The notes under the pieces are model-generated. The model was given only the letters and a program-made list of their open reading frames with translations, was not told the DNA's origin and ran no database searches. From Chiloscyllium plagiosum (taxonomy: Eukaryota): a stretch of 64,000 nucleotides of DNA. The stretch lies in the NCBI RefSeq assembly GCF_004010195.1, contig NC_057750.1:11755144-11819143 (forward strand), given 5' to 3'. This document shows positions 27,101 to 39,100 of the stretch, piece after piece. The stretch's first letter is position 1. Every line of letters begins with the position of its first letter. A program made the translations under genes and the position numbers.

Positions 27101-30100
27101 ATATTTTGTGATGAATGGAGAAGGAGTTGATGTAACGGTTTTCTGGAGGGCACCAAATGCTGCAAAAGCAGTGTGGTGTGTTCTATGAGGTGTCTTGCTG
27201 TCTTTTTGACCGGCCTGACTGGGACCCTCCATGCATTAGTTTACTTGCTGTTTGCAAAATACTGGCTATTATCACAAAACGAAAACTGCTTCTAATGTTT
27301 CCAATTTGTTACTTTAATCTGAAGGGAGGGATCCTCTGACTTTGTAACTGAGTGGATATCTGAGGACTTTTGAGAATTTCTGTTAATCAATGTATGCATG
27401 CAGGGAAACTTCTTGTTTGATTTTGTGCTTTTTTTTGTGATCTTTGGCATGTTTCAACCTTCTTCAGCTGGATCAAAAGGAAACCAAGGTAAGAGCCAAC
27501 TTCAGATGTCTTCACTAGTTACTGTCTGTTTTTCTTCAATGGAACTAGAGTATGTAGTATTCACTTGTCATGCAGTTGTGATGGGTTCAGGTGATGGCTG
27601 CCTATATAACTTTAATCCCATTATCTTAGGGCTTTAATTAAAGAAATTATTGATCGTAAACCTTACGAATGCTGCTAGGCTGTGCAAGAGCGACCTTCTA
27701 TCAGGATAGGGAGGAACATATGTATCTCAGTATGTTCCAGGGTGAATGATATTTAGAACACATCATAAAGTTGGTGTTGCTGACCAGTTGGTTATACAAA
27801 TGCACCTTGAAGTAAGAATCTTATGATTTCAGGTCAGTTATGTGCAAAAAGGAGTTTGTTCCAAATTTATTATCTATTTCTATCTGTAATAAAAATGTGT
27901 CAATTTTTCACATTGGAGTCAAATACTTTCAATTATAATGCAAGTTGTATTCGTCCAGGCAGATAACGGGTGGAATTTTAAATGTGCCGCTACTATCCCC
28001 AAGGATTGGCTTTGGGAGCAGAGATTACATTTTTTAAAATGCAGAACTGATTCAATCAGCTGTGAACGTACGTATTGCTGCTTCAACTAGGGTGGGTGTT
28101 ACTGTCAGGACAGTAACACGCTCTCAAATGGTGAATTAGTAATTATATTATTTAAGTGGGTCTGTCTCCTTCAGATGTGAGTAACCTATGAATTTAATAC
28201 AGGCAAAGTCAAAGTGATTCCCAATGACCATTAATGTAAAGGGCACACAATGTGGTTTCCACCTCTATATTCACATATGTTTACAGTCTTTGTTTTGGTA
28301 GGATGTGTGGGAGGCACCAACCAGGTTACTCACTCTGAAGGCAACTTTGTGCCTGTATAAATTTGTAATTTCACTAACCCACGACTTTTTTTATTTTGCA
28401 TTCATACAACTGGCAATAATGGAAAATATTTCTAGCATTGTAAGGAGATCTCCGTTATCTGTAAGAATAATAGGGTGGTTATGGTAGGGGATTTTAACTT
28501 TCCAAACATAGACTGGGACTGCCATAGTTTTAAGGGTATGGAGAGGTATTCAAGTGTGTACAATAAAATTTTCTGATTCAGTATGTGGATGTACCTACTA
28601 GAAAAGGTGCAAAACTTGGCCTATTCTTGGGCAATAAGGCAGGGCAGGTGACTCAGGTGTCAGTGGGGTAGCACTTTGGGGCCAGCGACTATAATTCTAT
28701 TAGTTTTAAAATAGCGGTGGAAAAGGATAGACCAGATCTAAAAGTTGAAGTTTTAAATTGGAGAAAGGTGATTTTTGATGGTATTAGGCAAGAACTTTCA
28801 AAAGCTGACTGGGGCCAGATGTTCTTAGGTAAAGAGACGGCTGGAAAATGGGAAGCCTTCAGATATGAGATGACAAGATTCCAGAGACAATATATTCCTG
28901 TTAGTTTGAAAGGAATAGCTGGTAGGTGTAGGGAATGCTGGATGACTAAAGAAATTGAGGATTTGGTTAAAAAGAAGGAAGCATATGTCAGGAAAGGTCG
29001 AGTAAATCCTTAGAGTACAAAGACAGTAGGGGTATATTTAAGAGGGAAATCAGGAATGCAAAAAGGGGACATGAGATAAATTGGCAAATCGAATTAAGGA
29101 GAATCCAAAGGGTGTTTACAAATACATTGAGGACAAAAGGGTAACTAGGGAGAGAAAACATCAGCAAGGCAGCCTGTGGAGCCACAGGAGATGGGAGAGA
29201 TACTAAACGAGTATTTTGCATCAGTGTTTACTGTGGAGAAGCTTCATGGAAATATAGAATGTAGGAAAATAGATGGTAACATCTTGAAAAATGTCCATAT
29301 TACACAGCAAGAAAGTGCTGGATGTCTTAATGCATAAAGGTGGATAGATCTCCAGGACCTGATCAGGTATATCCTAGAACTCTGTGGGAAGCTAGGGATG
29401 TGATTGCTGGGCCTCTTGTTGATGTTTGTAGTGTCGTTAATTATAGGTGAGGTGCCGGAAGACTGGAGGTATGGTACCACTATTAAGAAGGGTGGTAAGG
29501 AAAGCCAGGGAATGATAGACCAGTAAGTCTGATGTTCGTGGTGGACAAGATGTTGGAAGAAGTCCTGAGGGACAGGATTTACATACATTTGGAAAGGCAA
29601 GGACTGATTAGGGATAGTCAGCATGGCTTGTGCATGGAGAATCATGTCTCATGAATTTGACTGAGTTTTTGAAGAAGTAACAAAGAGGATTGATGAGGGC
29701 AGAGTAGTGGATGTGATCTCTATGGACTTCAGTATCAGTAAGGCGTTCAGCAAAGTTCCCCACGGGAGACTGGTTAACAAAGTTAGATGTCACGGAATAC
29801 AGGGAGAACTAGCCATTTGGGTACAGAACTGGCTTAAAGACAGAGGGTGGTGGTGGAGGGTTGTTTTTCAGACTGGAGACCAATGACCAGTAGATTGCCA
29901 CAAAGATTGGTGCTGAATCTACTACTTTTCATCATTTATGTAAATGATTTGGATGTGAACGTAAGAGGTGTAGTTAGTAAGTTTGCAGATGATGCCAAAA
30001 TTGGAGGTGTAGTGGACAGTGAAAAGATTACCTCCGATTACAACGGGATCTTGATCAGATGGACCACTGGGCTGAGGAGTGGCAGATGGAGTTTAATTCA

Positions 30101-33100
30101 GATAAATGCGAGTTGCTGCATTTTAGGAAAGCAAATCTTAGCAGGACTTGTACACTTCATGGCAAGTTCCTCAGGAGTGTTGCTAAACAAAAAGACCTTG
30201 GAGTGCAGGTTCATAGCTCCTTGAAAGTAGAGTCGCAGGTAGATAGGATAGTGAAGAAGGTGTTTGGTATGCTTTCCTTTATTGGTCAGAGTATTGAGTA
30301 TAGGAATCTGAAGTGTTTGCAGAAGAAACTCAATTTGGCATGACTCCAACTATTGTCTGGTAGCTACATTTAGCTTCAGAGCTTGTTTAGAACCAGACTG
30401 TCATGGCTGACTGGCAGTTCTGATTTGGAACATGCTGGCATAGTCTAACAACAGATCATTTTAATTCTGCCTTTTTAAAATAGCATTATTCTTTTCTCTC
30501 TCAAATACATTGATAGTTCAGTCTCCGTATCTGACACTAGCAGTCTAGCTTCAGATCAACACTGCAGATAATGGAGTAACTTATACCCTTTCTCCTCTTC
30601 CCCTTTGTTATTCAGAATATGATATTTTCCAGAGGGAGTGTGGTGATTTCTGTTTTTAAACACAGTTTGAGGTTAAGTTTAAATCAGGAAAAGAAATGCT
30701 TATTTCGACAAGACCCTGAGATGTAAACACTTAGTTCCGTCACTCCCCCGGGCACTAGACACACAAGATGGATTCCAGGGACAAAACGTGTATAGGAAAT
30801 TTGTGGAGTTAATAGAAATAAATCATGTTCAAATTTCAGTCGTTTTGAAAAGCACGTATTGCTAACCTGAATGGGTTCTCTTTTGTGGTTCTTTGGATGA
30901 AGGATAGTTGGAGGTGCTTCATTTTCCAGGCACAGGCAAACCATCTCACTGGCTGTTCGGCCCCTAACACCGAACTACCTACATTCCTAGTGGCACTGCT
31001 GCAGTCGTCATCCATAAGGAGTAAGAAAATTGAAGCGATTAGGATTTAAAGTTATTAGCTGTGATGTTAAGCTTCAATGATTTAAAAAAAACCAGCACAA
31101 AGATGCTGTAACCTCCATTGAGCACTGTTTGAAACATAAAGATTGTTGTGAAGTGAGATAAGGAATTAAAAGAATTGGAATCCTGTTTTTACACTGATTT
31201 AAATTTTCAGCAATGTAGAAAAGGTCATACTTGTAGGCAGTGCAAAACGTACACAGGCAGTATGCCAAGTTGAAAGTGCAAATAACTCATTGCGCTTGGA
31301 TGGAAGTTTTGGGTCACTAGTGGGAAGGAAGGATGTGAAAAGGCAAGTGTTGTATCTCTTGCACTTGTGTAACAGGGCAATGAACTATGGGAGAGACCAT
31401 ACCTGAAATACTGAACAGTTTGGTCTCCTTATCTAAGGGAGGATACACTGGTATTGGAGGTAGCCAAGAAAATGTTCATTAGATAGATCCTGAATATGGA
31501 TTTTCTTGTGTCAACTACTCATTGGGGTTTAGAAGAAGTATGTTTTGATAAAATTTCAAATATTCTTAGGTTGCTCAAGAGTATAGATGCAGAGAGTAGT
31601 TTTTACTTGTTGGAGAAACTAGGATTTCTGAGCATAATCTCCGAATAAGGGGTCAACAATTTCAGAGGGAGATGAGGATTTTATTGTCCCCTGAGGATAG
31701 TGTCTGTAGACTTATTCTTCTTGGAGAATTATCGAGACTGAGTTGTTAAGCATATTTGAAACTGAGCTATCCAGATTTCTAATCCGTCCAGGAATTGAGG
31801 GTTAGGGGGATAAGGCAGGAAAGTGAAGATCAGGATGTTAAGAACTACCAAGATCATGCTGAATTGTGGAACACGTTTTATGGGTTGAATGTCTATTTAG
31901 CTTCTATAGTAAACCAGGTTGTTGCTGAGGGAACTGTCATGTTGCATTACTATAATGGGGAATGGGAAATCTGTTAGGTTGTGACTTCCCAGAAAGCAGG
32001 TAATATTAGACACCCCCACCTCAGTTATACTGTCTTCCACCTTCTTCCATCACGCAAAAGGTACAAAAGTTTGAAAACACATACCAACATATTCAAAAAC
32101 AACTGCTTCCTTGCTTTTACAAGACTTATGAACAGACTGCTCATTTATTAGAGTTGATCTTTCTCTGCATCTTCTCTGTAGTTATATAACACTATATTCT
32201 TCATTCTGTTCTATTACCTTGATGTACTTAGGTAAAGTAAAACTTCTCTGGATAGCATGCGAAATAATGCTTTGCACAGTGACAGTAAATCAAGTCAAAT
32301 TGTGATAGAAATTTCTGAGGATCTATTAAATGTGTAGGTTGCTGGATCAAAGCTGACCTTGCCGTGATTATTGGGAGGCGGGGGTTTGGTGTAGTTGGGT
32401 GTGGTGCAGTTCAGGAAATGACACAGGACTGGTTGAATGCGACGTCACCTATAGTGGAAGGTGTAGTGGGGGAAAGTTGTTTGTCCCCCTCTAATTTGAC
32501 AACTAGACTTGGTTCCTTTGACATTGGTTTATTCAAGCATATGCAAGGGAGCAGTATTCTTCATATGATGCTGTACTGACTCATTACAAAACCCCCCTTT
32601 GTACATCATGTAGCAATAATACTAATTTACATTTACTGATGGCAACCTGTTGCTCCACAGAGTGTTCTTACATGTCAGTTAAAAGCATAATCAATAACAG
32701 CGCAGAAATCAAGCTTCACTATTCCCAAAATCATCAACAAAATGTGAAGATTTTGAAGTCTCAATTCTCCAACTGACCTGTGTTTTAGACTCGAGTTGAC
32801 AGAAAAGCAAGGACCTGGTTAAGAATGACTATTTATTACAAATAAATAGCCTATAGCTGTAGGTAAACAATTGAGCCATCAGCATGTATCGGAAGTAGTT
32901 AAAATTCTAATCCCCTTGTAAACTTCTCCTTACATGCGCATGCACACTCAAACGCACGCGCACACACAAACAGGGGGAGAAAACATGGGTATTAATCCAG
33001 CAATACTACCATTGTGACACTATCTCCCCCAAACTGAAGGTAGACAAAGTCAGAAATCACACAACAGGCCAAACAGGTTTATTTGAAATCACAAGATTTC

Positions 33101-36100
33101 AAATTCACAAGCTCACCTGATGAAGGGGCAGCGCTCCAAAAGCTTGTAGTTCAAATAAACTTGTTGGACTATAACCTGGTGTCATGACTTCTAACTTTGT
33201 CCACACCAGTCCAACACCGGCACCTCCACAAATTGAAAATGTACTTTGGCTTACTTCTTGATGTTGACGCTGTAGCCAGGCGTCTGTATTGGGCTTTCCT
33301 CATTGGATCAGGATGATACCTGCTCTTGGTGAAATATATGTGAATACACATGGAACCATTGGACTTTATATGCTGTAATAGAAATAGTGAGTGTTACTTT
33401 CAGATTTACATTTAGCAACTCTAATAAATTCTGACTGATGGCAAACACCGAAGCCTAATTAACACCAACCGATATCACAACATACTCAACTTATTGCTAA
33501 TTTTCAAAACTAAGACAAATTTGCTACTTAAAATAGGTTCAACAATGTGCTATATTCCTTATTATTCAACAATATGGCTCAGTGGTTAGCACTGCTGCCT
33601 CACAGCAGCAGGGACCCGGGTTCAATTCACCCCTTGGGTGACTGCCTGAGTGGACTCAGCAAATTCTCCCCATGTCTGCGTGGGTTTCCTCTGGGTGCTC
33701 CGGTTTCCTTCACAGTCCAACGGTGTGCAGGTTAGGTGGATTGGTCATGCTAAATTGCCCATAGTGTCTAGGGATGTGTAAGTTAGCCATGGAAAATGTA
33801 GGGATAGGGTAGGGGATGGGTCTGGGTAGGATGCTGTTTGGAGAGGTATGGATTCGATGGGCCAAATGGTCTGCTTCAACACTGTAGGGATTCTATATCT
33901 ATATTTGGAGAATACAATTTTAAAAAATCACCATTTTAATCGCAAATGATCGTAGCAAACAGCCTGCAATCATAGAACCTAAAGAGTGACTACACCATTG
34001 AGAGAATATTGTCAATTGTGACTCTCATAATTCTATATCACCTCAATGCAATGAGGAATTGACAACCCCTTTTCAAAGTCCTTGGACAGTTGATTGGGGG
34101 CAGGGGGGAGTGGGAGCAGGTTGAAAAACCTGGCTGTATTCCTAGGATCTAGGAGACAAGAGGATTACCCAGTCGAGATGCGTCAATCATTAAAAGCATT
34201 AGGAAGGTAGATACAGAGAAACAGTTTTCTCTGGTGGGGAGAAAACCAAAAATGTAGATAGTAGGTTAAAATTACACCCTGTCATTTATGAGCAACATCA
34301 AGTTTTTTAAAAATTTTGTAAGCACAGTGGGTAACAAATTTGGGAATTCTCCCCAAAACAGTTGAGGATGTCAGGACATTTTGGATTTAGGACTGAGATG
34401 ACTACATTGTTAGGGGAGTTAATTACAGATGTGGACCAATGATGGGAAAAGAGATATTAGATGCACATCAGCTTTGGTATAAAGCAAAGAGTGGAGCAGG
34501 ATCAAGGGGCTGAGTGCCCCTATTCCTATTCTCAGGATACAATGCTCTCAGCAGCAGACATTGGTAATTCCAGATTCAAGACTACATTCCTTTCTAATAT
34601 CCTGTAACCCTGTCCAACCTCCACCTGAGAACAAGGCAGGTGAGAAGGAAGAAACAAATTTACTCACTTAGTGGCAGGAAGCAGGAGATGTCAAACAGAT
34701 GAAAAACAAAACTTAATATAGAGGCACAAGACAAAGCAAAAAAAAAAGCAAAGCAGGAAAGAAAGGCTCTTTCCAATATTTTAACTCCCATTTGAATCTT
34801 GTCTTAAAAAGAGACAAGGGTGTCACATGAATGCGTGAAAAATTCACCAGCAGATGCTGCCAATATTAATTAAATGAAAGCACAGAAGGAATGGTTTAGT
34901 GGTAATCTCACTGTATTAGCAGTCAAGAACCCCAGTCGAATGAGTGGAGGACGGAGGTTTGATTCCCACCATGGCAGATGGTGAAATTCAAATTCAACAA
35001 AAAGGTAGAATAAAAGGCTAGTCTAATGCAACCACCATGGACTGTCGTAATAACTCATCTGGCTCACTCAGGGAAGGAAATCTGCCATGCGTACCCGGTC
35101 TGACTCCAGACCCATGGCAACGTGTTTGACTCTTAACTGGGCAATAAATATTGGACTCTCAGTGATGCATGATTTTGAACAGGATTTTGGTGATATTACA
35201 AGCTTAGAATATTGAGGTTAACATGTCCTCTACCACCCCACCAACCTCCATGTACAGCGTATCATCCACCGTCATTTCCGCCACCTCCAAACGGGCTCCA
35301 CCACCAGGGATATATTTCCCTCCCCTCCCCTATCAGCCTTCTGAAAAGACCACTCCCTCCATGACTCCCTCGTCAGGTCCAACCCAACCTCCACTCCCAG
35401 CACCTTCCCCTGCAACCGCAAGAAATGCAAAACTTGCGCCGACACCTTCCCCCTTACTTCCCTCCAAGGCCCAAGGGATACTTCCATATCCGCCACAAAT
35501 TCACCTGCACCTCCACACACATCATCTATTGCATCCGCTGCACCCGATGTGGCCTCCTCTATATTGGGGAGACAGGCCGCCTACTTGCAGAACGTTTCAG
35601 AGAACACCTCTGGGACACCCCGACCAATCAACCCAACCACCCCGTAGCCCAACACTAACTCCCCCTCCCACTCCACCAAGGACAAGCAGGTCCTTGGACT
35701 CCTCCATCGCCAGACCATCCCCCCCAAGTCCCTCCTCCCTACCTTGTATCTTAGCCTGCTGGACACACTTTCCTCATTCCTGAAGAAGGGCTTATGCCCG
35801 AAACGTCGATTCTCCTGTTCCTTGGATGCTGCCTGACCTGCTGTGCTTTTCCAGCAACACATTTTCAGCATGTCATTTTTGATAGCTTTGTTCCTTTCAG
35901 CACCCCTTATCTCGCGCTAGTTTCTACTGATTTGGAGTTTCAACCAAAATCTTTTGGTCATCAAAATCCCTTTGTCCTTTGTTTCTCTTATCATTAACAG
36001 CCTATTTAACTTTTGCTTTGATGGGTATCTTTGCAATGGCTGTGAAACTGTTTTGCCTTTCAGAAGGGGATAATTGTGTTAGAAACAATTCAGAAAAGGT

Positions 36101-39100
36101 TTACTTGACTGATCCCTATGATGAAGGGATTACTTTATGGCGAAGGTTGGAAAGATAAAACGCTGGCTTGGAGAGGGCCGGTGAGGAAACTGTGTAGACT
36201 AGATGCTTGGTTAATGAGATTTCCAATTTAGGGAGAAAGCATGAAGTGGTACAAGCATAGGCTCCAATGTACTGGAAAAACAAACAATAGATGGGACCAG
36301 ACGATGTCTGGAAGAAACAATAATCCACACATCCTATTAAAAAGTCAGATGTTGCTGGAATCTACATCTAGTCTCAGAAATGCATTGAGAATTATTTTGA
36401 TTTTCTCCATGAATTGAAACATATCAAAATTCTAGCACAGTCAAACTCTACCCCTGAAACTCAAACTGTTTCATCTTGGAATAAATCACTTGCGGTATCT
36501 CAGTAAAAGCTAAGTACTGCAGATGGTGAAATTCTGAAATAAGAACAGAAAATACTGGGGAAAACTCAGCAGGTCTAGTAGCATCTATGGAAAGAGGAAC
36601 AATTAATATTTGAAATCCAATATGACTTCAGAACTGAAAGAGGCTTGAAGTTTGTACTTACGCTGCTGATAGTGTGGGGGATTAATGGTGAGATGTCCAG
36701 AGCAAAAGAAAAAGGGAGTGTTAATAGCAGCATAGGAGAGTGAAAATTTGGTGTCAATAGATGGCAAATGGATTAGTTTTTGTAAGAGACAAGTCAAAAG
36801 ACCTATTCCAGTTATACCTGTCTGTATGTGGGGTACAGAGGAACCTCGATTATTTGGCATTTGATTAATCGAGTTTTGGATTATCTGAACAAGATCGCAA
36901 GGTCCCGATGCTTGGCTATGTTATCCGGCATTCGATTAACCGAACAAAATACTCCTTTGGATAATCGAGGTTCCTCTATATTGGCAGCATTCCTTGTTCC
37001 TCTGATGTATGAATGATACTGCTTCCCTCTCTGTCTTGGAATTGGAAAAATTACTTTGCTTTCAATGTCCATTCTCCTCTCACCTTCATCTGGTCCATCT
37101 CTGACCTTTCCCTTCCTTTACTTCATTATTTCAATTTCTGGGAATTGGTTGTCTGCCAATATCTAGTATAAACTACTTGATTCCCACAGTTACCTTGACA
37201 ACACCTATCATGCTCTGCTTCTTGAATGACACAATTCCATTCTCCCAGTTTCTTCTTCTATCGAGCCTGTTGTGGTGATGCAACCTATCACAGAGATGTC
37301 CCTCATTTTCCTCAACCAAGGATTCTTGCTTGCATCCCAACCGTGGTTGATAGGGTCGTCAGTCATGTCTGACCCATTTTCTGCAGCTGTCTTCAACCTT
37401 TTTGCTCCCTCCCAGAATATCAGTGGGTTCCTCTGACTCTTACCTTTCCACCTCCCCAGTCTCCATATTCAGAGGATCATCTTCTGCTATTTCTGCCATT
37501 TCCAGCAGGATAACACCACAAAGCACATCTTCCTCTCCTTTGCATCATCAACACTCCACAGGCACTATCACTTTTGAGAAATTCTGGTGTTCTCTTCCCA
37601 CAAACACCACCTGCCATGCCCCCTTCCTATGTAGCTACAGAGTGGAACACATGTTCGTTTGTCTTCCTACTCACTGTCCAAGCCCCAAACCAGCTCCAGG
37701 TGAAGCAGTGATATACTTGTACCTCTTTCAATCCAGTCTACTGTATTACTGCTCCCAAAATGGCCCCATTACATATCATTCTCTTTATTATCATCATTAG
37801 TATTCCCTCTGTCATGATCTGTTCCAATTATACCCCTTGTCACCCTCATCCCCCTGTTGACAGCATAAAACCCATAGTTTTCCAGCCCCATTCAGTTCTG
37901 GAGCAGAATCATATTGGACCTAGCATTAAATGTGTTTCTCTTTCCATCGATGCTGCCAGGCCTGCCTTTCTCCAACATTTTCTGTTTCTTTTTATGATAT
38001 TTCAAAGTTGCTGACAACTTACATGAAGCTTAGCATTAAATGTGATGCTGTTCTGGTGCATCAGCAAGGGAACATTGAGTGTGGTGCTCGATGATCAGAT
38101 CATACAAGATTGTTGATCTTAAAATCAGGAGGTTTCTGCTTGGGAACGTTTCTTTTTAAACAATATTCATTTTCTATTCTAATAAATGCCAGAAATAAAT
38201 TTCAGATCTAACCATTCACACAAAAATAATGCTACTAACTTCCCCAAAATCTCAATTTTTAGGTGAGAAGAGTTCTTCTGGCCTTCTGGAATATGAATTG
38301 AAGAGTGATGCTTTTGAGGCATTAGTTATGCTGAATCACTACAGACTAAAGAATCCAGGTATGTTATTTTAATGAAGTGTAAAACTGACGTGATATGTAA
38401 TCTAGAGGATTTTCAACCTTGCACATACTAATGATGGCATATTGCTGTTTAATCATAGCTAACCCGTTGCTGTAAAGCACCTAAAACATTGGACAAGCAA
38501 CCTTATTTCTATTCTACACATTTCAACCTTTCACTCAGTTAATCTGCTACTGATTGCAGATAGTATTAACATCAGAATGAGTGAATATTGTGACTTAAGC
38601 TCAAATAATAGAGCTACGGAAAAGTACAAAAAATAGTTATAATAGTGATACCAGAACTGAGGTATTTTAACTATCCGAGCAATCTGAAGCCCTTTTCTCT
38701 AGCAAAGAGAGTGCTGATTTGTAGCATGAAACTATAAAATTTCTTTGAAACTATTGAAATGGTTTAATAGGATAGATGGCACCACTTCTGTGGGGAGTCC
38801 AGAATCAGGTTATAATTATCCATTAGATCCAATAAGTAATTGGAGCCATAGAGATGTACAGCACGGAAACAGACTCTTTGGTCCACCTTGTCCTTGTCAA
38901 CCAGATTCTAACCTAATCTAGTCCCATTTGTTAGCATTTGGCCCATATCCGTCAAAACCTTTTTCATCCCTGGAATGGTTAGATTGTGAAACCTGCTCCC
39001 ACGTGTCGTAAATAACTTCATGGTTTTGGTTCTTTTGTATCTTAACTTGCATTTGGGAAATGGTCACAAGTGTGATATTTAAGATATTAACTGTATAAGT

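Noticed and set aside
20245..30349. Many short RT/endonuclease ORFs as active retrotransposon genes
   Set aside because: All are broken by stops and frameshifts; reported as decayed LINE copies.
33575..33650. tRNA-like A/B boxes
   Set aside because: Head of a SINE, continuing into SINE body and tail; not a tRNA gene.
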